Of a stretch of DNA of 64,000 nucleotides, positions 9,826-20,094 are shown in pieces. The DNA is from a virus. Made by a program: the position numbers and the translations under genes. Location: positions 26,668-90,667 of IMG/VR virus record IMGVR_UViG_3300032116_000088. One strand, 5' to 3'. How positions within the stretch are numbered: position 1 is the first letter of the stretch; each line of letters starts with the position of its first letter. A model generated the notes under the pieces. The model searched no databases and had not been told where the DNA came from. It saw only the letters and a list, made by a program, of their open reading frames with translations.

Positions 9826-11934
9826 ATGGCATTATATAACAGTTTTAAATACAATGATGGAACACTTTATGGTGACGGAAGTCCCTTAGACTATTCCGCA
9901 AGTCCGGTAGTTGCTACAGCAATAAATTATGGCCAAGTCTCTTTGTCCTATTCGGTTCCTACTGGAGGGTATATAAAGTTTAGAATAGTTAGAAATCAAG
10001 ATGGATATCCTGAGACTTCTGAAGATGGAAAAATTATTTATGAAACTGATTTGGGAGAATATCCTACTGGAAGTACAATTTTAGATACAAATTTAGTTTT
10101 AGGTAGATTTGTTTACTACAGAGTTTGGATTCAAAGAACTGCAAATTCATATTGGGAGCCTGCCGGAGATGCAATAACTCTTATGCCTTTAAAACACACA
10201 CTAACTAGCGGAAACAATGTAGTTAAAAGTGTAACTGGGTCAAATGGAGTAACTTATGATAGCCCAATTGCTGATGACGTGGAGTTTTCTACTACACATA
10301 AACGATTTATGTCTTATTTTCCAGCTGTTTTAACCAGTATGTCCTTGTCTCCTTTAGATGAAATAAATACAAATTACAGCTATATTGAACCAACAGGTTA
10401 TCAAGAAAATTCTTTAATTTCTAGGTTTTTTGAAGGATTTTCTTTTAGTATAGATGAGTTTTTAACTTTTGCTAAAATAATTGTTCCTGATGTTAGTGGA
10501 GCAAACTCTTCTCCATCAATCATAGGCTTAAAATCTTTTGAACTAGGAATCAAGCCTTATAATGAACTAGCGATTAAAGCTCAAAAAAGACTTGTAAGAG
10601 ATGCTGTTGCTATTTACTCTAAAAAAGGAACTATTGATGGTTTAACTTTATTTGTTAAAGATTTAACTGGTTATAAAACCCAAATTACAGAAACAACTAA
10701 TCTTATGCTTTCCTATGAAGAAAGCACTTTTAAAATAGAGTCTTGGGATTCTGGTGACCCTATTGGAAGTTGGATAGCTGGAGATGGAGTAACCTTAGAG
10801 GTATCAACTAATACTCCTCCTAGTTTAACAAATTCTTTAGACACTGTTTATTCTTTGAAGGCCGTGGCTACAGGGGCTTCGCAATATATTGCTTATGGAA
10901 TAAATAAACCAATTACAGATGCAATTCCTGTTATTCAAAATTCAAACTATTCCTTGTCTTTCTATTGCAAAGGTCCTAGTAATTTAACTATGACGATTAC
11001 TTGGCATGATAGATTAGGTAATAGTATTTCTACAAGTTCTAACTCGGCTACAGTTTCTAGCTCAGCCTTTCAAAGACACCAAGTACAAGCAAACTCTCCA
11101 ACAGGAAGTGTGTACGCATCATTTAAATTAGAGTTTGCTTCGACTGGTTCAGCAACTTATTATTTTGATTCATTCCAGTTTGAACCTGCTATTCCAGCAA
11201 CAGAATATTACGAACCTCGTGGAGTATTGGTCTCTCTTTTGCCTGATAAGATAAACTTTATTAAAAACCCTTCTTTTGAAGTTGATTCTGCTGGCGTTCC
11301 TATATCTTGGACATTTACTAATCTAACTGCTGTAAAAGTAGAGAGTAGCTTAGATGAAGCCCCAGGTTCAGAGCATATGGTTAAAATTACTACTCCAGGT
11401 TCTTTTCCCTCTGGACAGGGTGTGATAAGTTCAACTTACACTGGGACTGCTCCAACATCCAACTTTTATACTTTTTCTGTATATGCCAGAAGTTTAACTG
11501 GAGACCAAGTAGTTACTTTAGAGTTGAATGCTAATAGTGTGCCTTCAAACGTGTTTAGTTACGCTGAGGCAACGCTAACTTCTGAATGGCAAAGGATTTC
11601 TGTTTCAATATACTCCCCAAATATTCCTGGACAACTAGTTGCTAAAATTAAAACTCTAGTTCCAAATGCTGTTTTTTACTTAGATTCTGCTCAGTTAGAG
11701 GAAGGCTCATCTGCAACAGACTATTTTGATGGAGATAGGACGTACGATGGAAGTGTTTGGTTTGATACGGCCAATCCTGGAGCCTCTATATCTGGACATT
11801 ATTCAAATAGAGACCAAAGAATTGCTCATTTAATGGACTCTATTAAAGAGTACCTTCCTGTAGGAACTCCATATTATGTTACTTTTTATGGTAGCGATAC
11901 ATATACAGAAGTTGCGTTATCTGGAATTGCATAG
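9826..11934 (+). CDS. Tail protein (P2 I-like wedge domain plus carbohydrate-binding-like modules)
   Basis: YSKKGTIDGL motif; NPSFE and LDSAQLEEG..ATDYFDG motifs. Confidence 0.65.
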   Translation: MALYNSFKYNDGTLYGDGSPLDYSASPVVATAINYGQVSLSYSVPTGGYIKFRIVRNQDGYPETSEDGKIIYETDLGEYPTGSTILDTNLVLGRFVYYRVWIQRTANSYWEPAGDAITLMPLKHTLTSGNNVVKSVTGSNGVTYDSPIADDVEFSTTHKRFMSYFPAVLTSMSLSPLDEINTNYSYIEPTGYQENSLISRFFEGFSFSIDEFLTFAKIIVPDVSGANSSPSIIGLKSFELGIKPYNELAIKAQKRLVRDAVAIYSKKGTIDGLTLFVKDLTGYKTQITETTNLMLSYEESTFKIESWDSGDPIGSWIAGDGVTLEVSTNTPPSLTNSLDTVYSLKAVATGASQYIAYGINKPITDAIPVIQNSNYSLSFYCKGPSNLTMTITWHDRLGNSISTSSNSATVSSSAFQRHQVQANSPTGSVYASFKLEFASTGSATYYFDSFQFEPAIPATEYYEPRGVLVSLLPDKINFIKNPSFEVDSAGVPISWTFTNLTAVKVESSLDEAPGSEHMVKITTPGSFPSGQGVISSTYTGTAPTSNFYTFSVYARSLTGDQVVTLELNANSVPSNVFSYAEATLTSEWQRISVSIYSPNIPGQLVAKIKTLVPNAVFYLDSAQLEEGSSATDYFDGDRTYDGSVWFDTANPGASISGHYSNRDQRIAHLMDSIKEYLPVGTPYYVTFYGSDTYTEVALSGIA

Positions 11935-11946
11935 TAATATGTAGTT

Positions 11947-12201
11947 ATGGATACTTTAATTACAGTTATTATTGTGGGTATGGCTACTGGTTATATCCTT
12001 GAATTTATTGGTTCTTTTCTTAAAAGCGATAGATGGCTAAAGCTGGTTTTAACTTTGCCACTATCCTCTACGCTAGTTTGGATAACAGGGGTTTCTGGAC
12101 TTATGATTGGCGTTGTTGGATTGGCTTCAGCGTTTTTTGCTCTTTCTATTTTGCATTTATTAAATAAGTCTGTTACTATTAACACCATAACCCGTCGTTA
12201 A
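11947..12201 (+). CDS. Small membrane protein
   Basis: About three hydrophobic segments. Confidence 0.6.
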   Translation: MDTLITVIIVGMATGYILEFIGSFLKSDRWLKLVLTLPLSSTLVWITGVSGLMIGVVGLASAFFALSILHLLNKSVTINTITRR

Positions 12202-12208
12202 TAGGAGA

Positions 12209-12739
12209 ATGGTGAATAAATGGAGTGACGATGATGATAATTTAATGGGATTTGGATTACTTGATGGTGAAGTTTCTGGCCAAAAATCTAAACCAACAGT
12301 AAAAAAGAACCCTAAAACTCGTCATCAGAGGGCGAAAGAAGAATGGACTCCTGCAGATGTTGCAGCTGAGTTTAGTTGGCGTATCTACGACAAGGTTCGT
12401 GGTATACCAAATATGATAAATACCAAAACTCTTACTATTCTACTGGCTAAGAATCGTAGAGATTTTGGTATTACTGCAGTTACTGAACTTGAATTACTTG
12501 ACAAATTTATAGGTGATGAAAGAAACTTAATAGCAGTTAAAAGACAACCAAGTAAGACTATTAATATCTTTATGGTATTTATAACTAATAATGTCAATAA
12601 GATAAGTCAAACTAGTCAGGTAGTCATTGAAGAAGAAAATAGTAATTTAATAGCTAGTGATGGTAAAACATTTGACAATACTATCATTGGTAGGGCAGCA
12701 TTAGAACGTTATGAGTCTAAGTTAGGAGGACAAAAATGA
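12209..12739 (+). CDS. Hypothetical protein, possible replication initiator/loader partner
   Basis: AGGAG SD; overlaps DnaC-like gene. Confidence 0.4.
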   Translation: MVNKWSDDDDNLMGFGLLDGEVSGQKSKPTVKKNPKTRHQRAKEEWTPADVAAEFSWRIYDKVRGIPNMINTKTLTILLAKNRRDFGITAVTELELLDKFIGDERNLIAVKRQPSKTINIFMVFITNNVNKISQTSQVVIEEENSNLIASDGKTFDNTIIGRAALERYESKLGGQK

Positions 12740-13470
12740 CATATGACATTTCACAATTAGACCCAATCAAGAGGCACTGGCTTCTTCGTGGGGCAAACAT
12801 TCCTAGGAGGTTTATTGGCCTTGAACCTCAGGACATTATTCACACAACAGGCGAGTTTCCAGAAGAGATTGACATCTGGCTAGAACAAGTTTTTGAGGGC
12901 AAGGTTATCAAACAAATTGGTGGTCTAGGTATGACTGGTGTTGGTCTACTATTTGACGGTGGTCCAGGACTTGGAAAGACTACTCATGCTGTTGTTGCTC
13001 TTATGGAACTTATTCGTAATCTACCAGTTAATGAAGATGAGGCCAGGGAGGTTCTTGCTATGAGTCCAGAAACTTTTGGTATGCAATCTCGTCCTATTTA
13101 TTACATGACTTTTCCTGAGTTTCTTAGCAGGAAAAAAGCAATCATCGATGCCGAAGGTGAGCTGCGTAAGGACCTTTATCGTGAGATGGAGGGTTTCCAT
13201 GGCCGTGCAAAAGAGGACTACTTAAACGTTCGTGTTTTGGTTCTTGACGACCTTGGAAAAGAGTACGGTTCAACTTACAATGACAGCTCATTTGACGAAA
13301 TACTTCGTTCCCGCTACGATAAAGCATTGCCAACAATTATTACCACTAATGTGAAGCGTGAAGACTGGACAGCACAGTATGGGGCAGCAATGGGCAGTTT
13401 TGCTCATGAAGCATTTACTCGTGTTCGTATTGACGGTCAAGACCTTCGTAAAACCAAGAAAGGAAAATAA
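12736..13470 (+). CDS. DnaC/IstB-like helicase loader ATPase
   Basis: Walker A GGPGLGKT, Walker B LVLDDLGKE, R.RY....PTIITTN. Confidence 0.85.
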   Translation: MTYDISQLDPIKRHWLLRGANIPRRFIGLEPQDIIHTTGEFPEEIDIWLEQVFEGKVIKQIGGLGMTGVGLLFDGGPGLGKTTHAVVALMELIRNLPVNEDEAREVLAMSPETFGMQSRPIYYMTFPEFLSRKKAIIDAEGELRKDLYREMEGFHGRAKEDYLNVRVLVLDDLGKEYGSTYNDSSFDEILRSRYDKALPTIITTNVKREDWTAQYGAAMGSFAHEAFTRVRIDGQDLRKTKKGK

Positions 13471-13471
13471 A

Positions 13472-13771
13472 ATGACTAAAGAATGGCGCACTGTACAAAT
13501 ATTTCTAGAACCAACTAGTTTCAAAATCTATGAGGTTGAACTCGACACTGCCTCATCTACAAATATTCGTTGTAACTGTTCAATTTTTGTTGAAAACAGG
13601 ACCTGTAAACATTCAAGATATGTTCAAAATCATATGAAGAAAAACAATGGACACTATGCTATTCAGATTTCTAGCAGTGTAACTGATACAGATGTTCTAG
13701 AAGCTATGCAAAATCCAGACACATTCAGGTATTTTGTAATTAAGAATGCAAAAATAGAGGTTCTACACTAA
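13472..13771 (+). CDS. SWIM zinc-finger protein
   Basis: CNC-x8-CKH motif. Confidence 0.7.
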   Translation: MTKEWRTVQIFLEPTSFKIYEVELDTASSTNIRCNCSIFVENRTCKHSRYVQNHMKKNNGHYAIQISSSVTDTDVLEAMQNPDTFRYFVIKNAKIEVLH

Positions 13772-14190
13772 TGAAGGGCGGAGACATTTCAAATGAAACT
13801 CCGCCACGCATTATAGTTTTAATTAATGTTGTTGGAGAGATTGAGTCTGTTAAAGTTAAAAAGAACTTTCTACAACAAGAATCAAAACAAGTAATTAAAA
13901 AACTTGATTTACGTTCTCTTTCTCATTTGTGGAATTTAGCGAATAAATACGGATTAGCTGTTGAGCTGGCTGCATTTGAGGATGAGGGATGGTCCCAAGA
14001 AGACTTAGATAAATTAATGGAGTCTTTAGAGCGTCGTATATCAAATCCTTTTAATTACGCTGAGGTGTACACTGATGTCGATGAGTTCATCTCTTTACTC
14101 CCATACAGGGCAAATCTAAAAGGCGTAGTAGATATTCCAGGAAGAGTTGCAATGTATGGGTCCTGGGGCTTAGAATTAAATAACTTATAG
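13771..14190 (+). CDS. Hypothetical protein (degenerate HAD-like fold possible)
   Basis: Coupled ORF in replication operon. Confidence 0.45.
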   Translation: MKGGDISNETPPRIIVLINVVGEIESVKVKKNFLQQESKQVIKKLDLRSLSHLWNLANKYGLAVELAAFEDEGWSQEDLDKLMESLERRISNPFNYAEVYTDVDEFISLLPYRANLKGVVDIPGRVAMYGSWGLELNNL

Positions 14191-14200
14191 GAGGCAAAAA

Positions 14201-15454
14201 ATGGCAGCAGATAACGAATACCGTTTAGTCAGCAAGGTTATTCTTGACCGCAATATTATTCCAGTATTGGAACGCGGTATCAAAGATGACTGGATTGTTG
14301 ATGATGATTTACGTCGTGTATGGAAGTTTGTTCGTGAACACTACGCTAATTATCGTGAAGTTCCGACAGCCGTAGCGGTAAACGATAACTTTCCAAATTT
14401 TAAAACACTCAAAGTCGAAGACTCTCTCGATTATCTTATTGATAAGATGGTTGAGTTTCGCCGTCGCACTTTAACTAGGAACAGCGTAGAAGACGTGGTT
14501 CTTGCTTTAAACAGTAATGACCATGAAGGTGCTTTAGCAGAGATGTCTCGTGCAATTACTATTGTAAATGAACAAGGTATCATCGGTACTACTCACGTTG
14601 ATTTGAGCAAAGACCCTGACCGTCGTTGGGAAGAGTACGAGAATCTTATGAATGCCAAAATGCTTGGTGTTCCTACCGGATTCGCAAAGATTGATGAGGC
14701 TACAGCTGGATTACAGGGCGGTCAGTTGATTACTGTTATTGCTCCACCAAAGACCGGTAAGTCGCAGATAGCACTTCAGATGGCTATCAATGTTCATTCT
14801 GCAGGATTAGTTCCTATGTTCCAGTCGTTTGAGATGAGTAACCGTGAACAGTCTCAACGTCACGATGCGATGCGTGCACATATTTCTGCTGGTCGTTTTC
14901 GTCGTGGTAAACTAAACACGTCAGAAGAAGACCGTTTAATTAAACTTTATGACGAAATGAAGACTGAGCATCCATTTCATTTGGTTGATGCTGTGAATGG
15001 TTTGACAGTTGATTCGCTGGTCGCAAAAGCGGAGCAGCTCAAGCCGGACGTACTTTTTGTGGATGGTGTTTATTTGATGATGGACCAGGTGACTGGTGAT
15101 GCAAACACTCCTCAGGCTTTGACTAATATTACTCGTGCTTTGAAGCGTGTGGCTCAGAAGTTGGATATTCCGGTTATTATTACAACACAAACATTGTTGT
15201 GGAAGATGAAGGGTGGCAAGGTTTCTGCTGATTCTATTGGTTACTCGTCTTCGTTCTTCCAGGATTCGGATGTTATTTTGGGTTTGGAGCCGGTTGAGGC
15301 GGATGATGAGATTCGTTTGTTGAAGGTTGTTCAGGCCCGTAACTGTCCTCCATCGGAGACCTCTATTACTTGGAAGTGGGATACTGGTTGTTTCCATGAT
15401 GAGACTGCTGCTGGTTCTTGCAAGTTTTGTACTCCTTGGTCAGGTAAGTTCTAA
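14201..15454 (+). CDS. dnaB: DnaB-like replicative helicase
   Basis: GVPTGF..ID, APPKTGKS, SFEMS, VDGVYLM, QDSDVILGL. Confidence 0.9.
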   Translation: MAADNEYRLVSKVILDRNIIPVLERGIKDDWIVDDDLRRVWKFVREHYANYREVPTAVAVNDNFPNFKTLKVEDSLDYLIDKMVEFRRRTLTRNSVEDVVLALNSNDHEGALAEMSRAITIVNEQGIIGTTHVDLSKDPDRRWEEYENLMNAKMLGVPTGFAKIDEATAGLQGGQLITVIAPPKTGKSQIALQMAINVHSAGLVPMFQSFEMSNREQSQRHDAMRAHISAGRFRRGKLNTSEEDRLIKLYDEMKTEHPFHLVDAVNGLTVDSLVAKAEQLKPDVLFVDGVYLMMDQVTGDANTPQALTNITRALKRVAQKLDIPVIITTQTLLWKMKGGKVSADSIGYSSSFFQDSDVILGLEPVEADDEIRLLKVVQARNCPPSETSITWKWDTGCFHDETAAGSCKFCTPWSGKF

Positions 15455-16449
15455 TGCTTGTTGATATCCCGTTAGTTCTGGATGCGCTTGGCATTCAGTA
15501 CGATGAGCGTGGTGTTGAGGCACACGCGTTGTGCCCTATGCATCACGTTCGTACTGGTCGTTCAGATAACTCTCCGTCTTGGTGGATTAACACTGAGACG
15601 GGTATGCACATTTGTTTTTCATGTGGATATAAGGGTAACCTGTTTCAGCTAGTTTGTGATATTAATGAATTTTATAAAGAGGTCTGGGGCACCGCATCTG
15701 AGTATGATTATGTTGCTGCTAGGATATGGCTGTCTCAGGTTTCTGAAATTCCTGCTGAAAAGCTTTTGGAGATGGTCCAGGCTTTGCCTAATCGTATTGA
15801 GGCTATTCCTAAGCCTATTCCGATGTCTGAGGCTAGGTTGGCTATTTTTGTTTCTCCTCCTGTTGAGGAGTTAGCTAAAAGGAATATCTCTGTTGATGCC
15901 GCTAAGCAGTACGGTATTTTGTGGGATGCAAATAAATCAAATTGGATTCTTCCGTTGCGTGAGTCTGAAGAACTGAAACTGCTTGGTTGGCAGGAGAAGG
16001 GTACTGTACACCGCACGTTCTTTAACCGTCCCACTGGCCTTCAAAAATCAAAAACATTATTTGGAATAGGAAATCAAAATGAAGAAGTTGTTGTGGTTGT
16101 TGAGTCTCCCCTTGATTGTGCTCGGCTTGCTACTGCTGGAGTTATGGGAGCGGTTGCTATTTGTGGGTCGTCTATATCAGAGGAGCAAGTAAAGCTACTG
16201 CGTAGGTCAGATAAGATTATCGCTGCTTTTGATAACGACCCTGCAGGACGCAAGGCGTCTGAGGAGCTGAGGAAGTTGGCTCGTAAATACGGTTTAAATC
16301 TGTTCTTTTTCAGCTATCCTAGTAATGGAGCAAAAGACCCAGGTGATTTAACGGATGACGAGATTGCGTGGGGCATTGCCAACGCTAAATCGTCAATACT
16401 TGGAGAATCTGCTTATGTTCAAAGGGACACTGAAACCGTATCAAGTTGA
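15454..16449 (+). CDS. dnaG: DnaG-like primase
   Basis: CPMH...CFSC zinc finger; TOPRIM VESPLD, FDND.AG, KDPGD. Confidence 0.88.
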   Translation: MLVDIPLVLDALGIQYDERGVEAHALCPMHHVRTGRSDNSPSWWINTETGMHICFSCGYKGNLFQLVCDINEFYKEVWGTASEYDYVAARIWLSQVSEIPAEKLLEMVQALPNRIEAIPKPIPMSEARLAIFVSPPVEELAKRNISVDAAKQYGILWDANKSNWILPLRESEELKLLGWQEKGTVHRTFFNRPTGLQKSKTLFGIGNQNEEVVVVVESPLDCARLATAGVMGAVAICGSSISEEQVKLLRRSDKIIAAFDNDPAGRKASEELRKLARKYGLNLFFFSYPSNGAKDPGDLTDDEIAWGIANAKSSILGESAYVQRDTETVSS

Positions 16450-17965
16450 TGCTGTCGCCAAAATGGTCGCATCTAAGAAGATGCTTGTAGCCTATGAAAT
16501 GGGTTTAGGTAAAACACCAATGACCATCGCTGCATTAGAGCAGCTTAATCCAAACAAAATTTTAGTGCTTTGTTTAGCCAGTTTAAAATATCAATGGCAA
16601 AAAGAAATAGAAAAGTTTAGTGATTCCACTGCAATTGTTATTGATGGAACTCCGTCTCAACGATTTAAGCAGTATGCGGATGCTGAAAATTATAAATATG
16701 TAATTATGAATTATGAGCAGGTAGTAAATGACTGGGATACTATTAAGGCTTTTGATTTTAGTGCTGTGGTCTGTGATGAGGCGACCGCTATTAAAGGATT
16801 TCGAGCCAAGCGAGCTAAGAAAGTTAAAGATTTATCCAAAAACATTCCCGTAAGATTCGCTTTAACTGGTACTCCAATTGAAAACGGTAAGCCAGAAGAA
16901 ATATATTCTATTATGCAGTTTGTTGACTCAAAAGTTTTAGGGCGATTTGATTTATTTGATAGAACGTTTATTGTTCGAAATCATTTTGGCGGAGTTCAAC
17001 GTTACCGAAATCTGCCTACATTACATGAGATTATGAAGAAGCATTCTGTTCGTAAGTCTCAAAAAGACGACGATGTTAAACCATTTCTTCCTGATGCAGT
17101 ATATAGGCAACCCTTATTAGTTCCTATGGATTCTTACTCATCAAAAGTTTACGCTCATGTAGCTAAGGATTTGTATGGACTATTATTAGACGCACGTGAG
17201 ATGTTTGGTTCTAGTTTTAATTTAGCCGCTCATTATGGTCAATCGTATCAGCCAGGAGACCCAGCTAATGAACTGCGGGGGCAAATTATGTCTAGAATTA
17301 CAGCTTTAAGAATGCTTTGTTCTTCTCCTAATTCTTTACTTAAAAGTGCTGTAAATTTTGAAGAAGGTAATGGAGGAAGCTCTTACATACATTCTTTAGG
17401 AGAACTGCTAACGGGTTTGACACGAAATAATAAGTTAGACTATACTATTACCTATCTTAAAGAGCATTTAAATATTGATGAATCATATAAAGCTGTAGTT
17501 TTTTCCTCTTATTTAGATTCTGTAGATAATATTGTAAAAGAACTTGCTAAAAACAACATAAAAGCTGTAAAATATACAGGAGAGATGAATGCTAAACAAA
17601 AAGAAGAAGCCAAAGTCTCCTTTCAAGGAGGAGCTGATATTCGCGTTTTGGTTAGCTCTGACGCTGGTGGTTATGGCGTGGATTTACCTCAAGCTAATCT
17701 CCTCTTAAACTATGACCAGCCCTGGAGTTCCGGTCTTGCCGTTCAAAGAAATGGTAGAATAAATAGGACTTCAAGCGACTGGACAACCATTACAATTCAA
17801 GATATACTAATGAAAGATTCTATTGAGCAACGTCAGTACGAGATGCTCAAGCAGAAAGGCAACGTTGCGGGAGCAATTCTAGACGGGGCAAATATCAACT
17901 CCAAGGGAGGGGTTGACTTAACAGTTGGAAGTCTGATAAACTTCTTAACAAACAACTTGCTGTAG
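16415..17965 (+). CDS. SNF2-family helicase
   Basis: MGLGKT, DEAT, LTGTPIEN, QRNGRINR; start set at ATG16415 after GGAG. Confidence 0.88.
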   Translation: MFKGTLKPYQVDAVAKMVASKKMLVAYEMGLGKTPMTIAALEQLNPNKILVLCLASLKYQWQKEIEKFSDSTAIVIDGTPSQRFKQYADAENYKYVIMNYEQVVNDWDTIKAFDFSAVVCDEATAIKGFRAKRAKKVKDLSKNIPVRFALTGTPIENGKPEEIYSIMQFVDSKVLGRFDLFDRTFIVRNHFGGVQRYRNLPTLHEIMKKHSVRKSQKDDDVKPFLPDAVYRQPLLVPMDSYSSKVYAHVAKDLYGLLLDAREMFGSSFNLAAHYGQSYQPGDPANELRGQIMSRITALRMLCSSPNSLLKSAVNFEEGNGGSSYIHSLGELLTGLTRNNKLDYTITYLKEHLNIDESYKAVVFSSYLDSVDNIVKELAKNNIKAVKYTGEMNAKQKEEAKVSFQGGADIRVLVSSDAGGYGVDLPQANLLLNYDQPWSSGLAVQRNGRINRTSSDWTTITIQDILMKDSIEQRQYEMLKQKGNVAGAILDGANINSKGGVDLTVGSLINFLTNNLL

Positions 17966-17974
17966 GAGGCAAAA

Positions 17975-18415
17975 ATGGCAAATCTAATTCCCGAAGAAGG
18001 GCGCGTATCCAATCCTGATGATTTTGAATCCCAGGTTCGTGAATACATTAAAATCAAAAACTCAATGGAAATCTTTGAGGCTCGTCAAAAAGAACTACGT
18101 GAGAAGCTGTTTTCAGTTTTAGACACTGATGGTCTTGAAGATGAAAAGGGTAACCTACAATTCGAACTAGAACAGGCTGTTGATGGCATTGTTCGTATTG
18201 AAAAACAACGTCGCTCATCTAGAAAAATTGATGAGTTCCGTGCAGATGAAATAATCGCAGAGCTTGGACTTGAAAATGACGTCTATGAAATGAAGCGTGT
18301 TATTAATGAAGATGCACTAATGGCCGCATACTATGAGGACAAAATTACTGAACAACAACTTGATGAAATGTTCCCTGTAACTGTTACTTGGGCGCTTCGC
18401 ACACTAAAGAAGTAG
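17975..18415 (+). CDS. Hypothetical protein
   Basis: GGAGG SD; helical 146-aa ORF. Confidence 0.55.
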   Translation: MANLIPEEGRVSNPDDFESQVREYIKIKNSMEIFEARQKELREKLFSVLDTDGLEDEKGNLQFELEQAVDGIVRIEKQRRSSRKIDEFRADEIIAELGLENDVYEMKRVINEDALMAAYYEDKITEQQLDEMFPVTVTWALRTLKK

Positions 18416-18419
18416 ATTA

Positions 18420-18818
18420 ATGAAAAAACTATTTGCAGTAGCAGGAACCGCCCTGCTGATGATTGGACTAGCTAGCTGTTCTAGTAACAACTCTGCTACA
18501 TCATCACCAACGTATACAGCAACGTCGGAGCCAACTCCTACGTATACCCCAGAACCAACGTACAGCGTAGATGAAATTTATGTTGCAGCTATTCGCAACC
18601 AATACCCCTACTACGCAAGCTTGTATAGCGATTCAGAACTAATTAATATCGGAAAAACTGGTTGCCAGTACTTTTCTGAAGGAGGAACATTTGAAGAGCT
18701 TGCGTACTATTTAGTTTCAACAATTGATGCTGACGAAGAAGCCTTTGGTTTCATGGGCTTTGTAATTGGCGCAGGCGTTTCCTCTTATTGTCCACAATAT
18801 AAGTACTTGTTAAGCTAA
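18420..18818 (+). CDS. DUF732-like lipoprotein
   Basis: Lipobox LASC, Thr/Pro linker, IG...C...YCPQY. Confidence 0.7.
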   Translation: MKKLFAVAGTALLMIGLASCSSNNSATSSPTYTATSEPTPTYTPEPTYSVDEIYVAAIRNQYPYYASLYSDSELINIGKTGCQYFSEGGTFEELAYYLVSTIDADEEAFGFMGFVIGAGVSSYCPQYKYLLS

Positions 18819-18822
18819 ACCA

Positions 18823-19293
18823 ATGCCAGGACTACGTAGCGACGCCGAGATTCTCAAAGCATTTGAGGGTCTAGACAAAGCACCCGGTTCTAAAAAAGAA
18901 CGCCGTAAACCATCTGAATTATCAGAAAAACGTCGTAAACAAGCTTCCGGAGAATCAAATGGTTGGGATGCTAACCCAATTATTAAAAATTTAAAGGGAG
19001 TAGAAACAGAAGTTTTTACCATCAAAGCTCTTGCGGATGCACTAGAAAAGCAAGTGGTTACAATCCGCTTATGGGAGAAAAAAGGTTATATACCAATTGC
19101 CCCATATCGCTTGCGTTCCAAGAGCCTTAATGGTAAAAAGGTAAATGGGAATCGCGTTTATACTCGTGAGTTAATCGAGATTGCCATCGAGGAGTTTGCA
19201 AAACGCAATCTTCTCGGTACCGCTCGTGTAGAGTGGAAAAAATTGCATGATTTGACCGAAGTACTTGTGCAACGGTGGAAAGATGCATTATAA
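18823..19293 (+). CDS. MerR-like HTH DNA-binding protein
   Basis: FTIKALADAL....TIRLWEKKG.IP...R.YT. Confidence 0.7.
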   Translation: MPGLRSDAEILKAFEGLDKAPGSKKERRKPSELSEKRRKQASGESNGWDANPIIKNLKGVETEVFTIKALADALEKQVVTIRLWEKKGYIPIAPYRLRSKSLNGKKVNGNRVYTRELIEIAIEEFAKRNLLGTARVEWKKLHDLTEVLVQRWKDAL

Positions 19294-19361
19294 TAAATAA
19301 GTAGGCAGATGCCTCAAACAAAAAAGTAGTCGAAAGACTCAAGACTAAGGAAATATACATT

Positions 19362-20018
19362 ATGAATTACACACCAACAGTTAATGCAGATGACTATCTA
19401 GCAGAAGACACCGTTGACAATGCTGCAAAGCACGGTACCACCGTTCAGTCTGGATGGGGAGCTGCTGCTTCAGCATTAAAGCCAAAGCGTGAGGCTGGAG
19501 ATTATCCAACCGATTTCCGCTTTAGCGAGCAGGCACAACTTATCCGCTTTATGCAGGATGAGCCATTCGCAGTTTACGAATTGCACTGGATTGATGCCAT
19601 CAAGGAAGGCCGTCGTTCGTTTGTTTGCCTAGGTGATGATTGCCCATTGTGCACTATCGCAGGAGATAAGCCTCGCCCTAAGTTTGCCTTCAACATCATC
19701 GTTCTCTCCGATGGTGAGCCTAATGTACAAATCATGACTGCACCTCCGTCATTCGCTCGTCAGCTTCAGGCTGCAAATGATGACCCTCGTCGCGGTCCAC
19801 TGACCAAGTATTACTGGGCTGTTTCTCGCACTGGCTCAGGTAACACTACCCAGTACACATTAGACCGTGTACGTGGTACTGACCTGGCAGACGAGTGGGA
19901 GTTGGATGAAGAAAGTATTAATACTTTCGCTACATCGGCAGTAGCATATGACAAGAGCGCAGTCTACGTGAGCCCCCGCGAAGACTTATTGAAGGTCGCT
20001 CGCCAACTCATTTCCTAA
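19362..20018 (+). CDS. Single-stranded DNA-binding protein (gp32-like)
   Basis: H-W...C....CPLC zinc motif, SRTGSG..TQY; directly upstream of PolA. Confidence 0.65.
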   Translation: MNYTPTVNADDYLAEDTVDNAAKHGTTVQSGWGAAASALKPKREAGDYPTDFRFSEQAQLIRFMQDEPFAVYELHWIDAIKEGRRSFVCLGDDCPLCTIAGDKPRPKFAFNIIVLSDGEPNVQIMTAPPSFARQLQAANDDPRRGPLTKYYWAVSRTGSGNTTQYTLDRVRGTDLADEWELDEESINTFATSAVAYDKSAVYVSPREDLLKVARQLIS

Positions 20019-20027
20019 CCACTCATT

Positions 20028-20073
20028 GTGGGGAGCCAGAGTCTTTTTGACGCCTTTCTATCTGGCTCCCCAC
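20028..20073. terminator. 13-bp perfect inverted repeat between ssb and polA
   Basis: GTGGGGAGCCAGA / TCTGGCTCCCCAC with 20-nt loop; no U-tract. Confidence 0.5.
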
Positions 20074-20094
20074 CCATAATTTTCGGGGCTTAAT

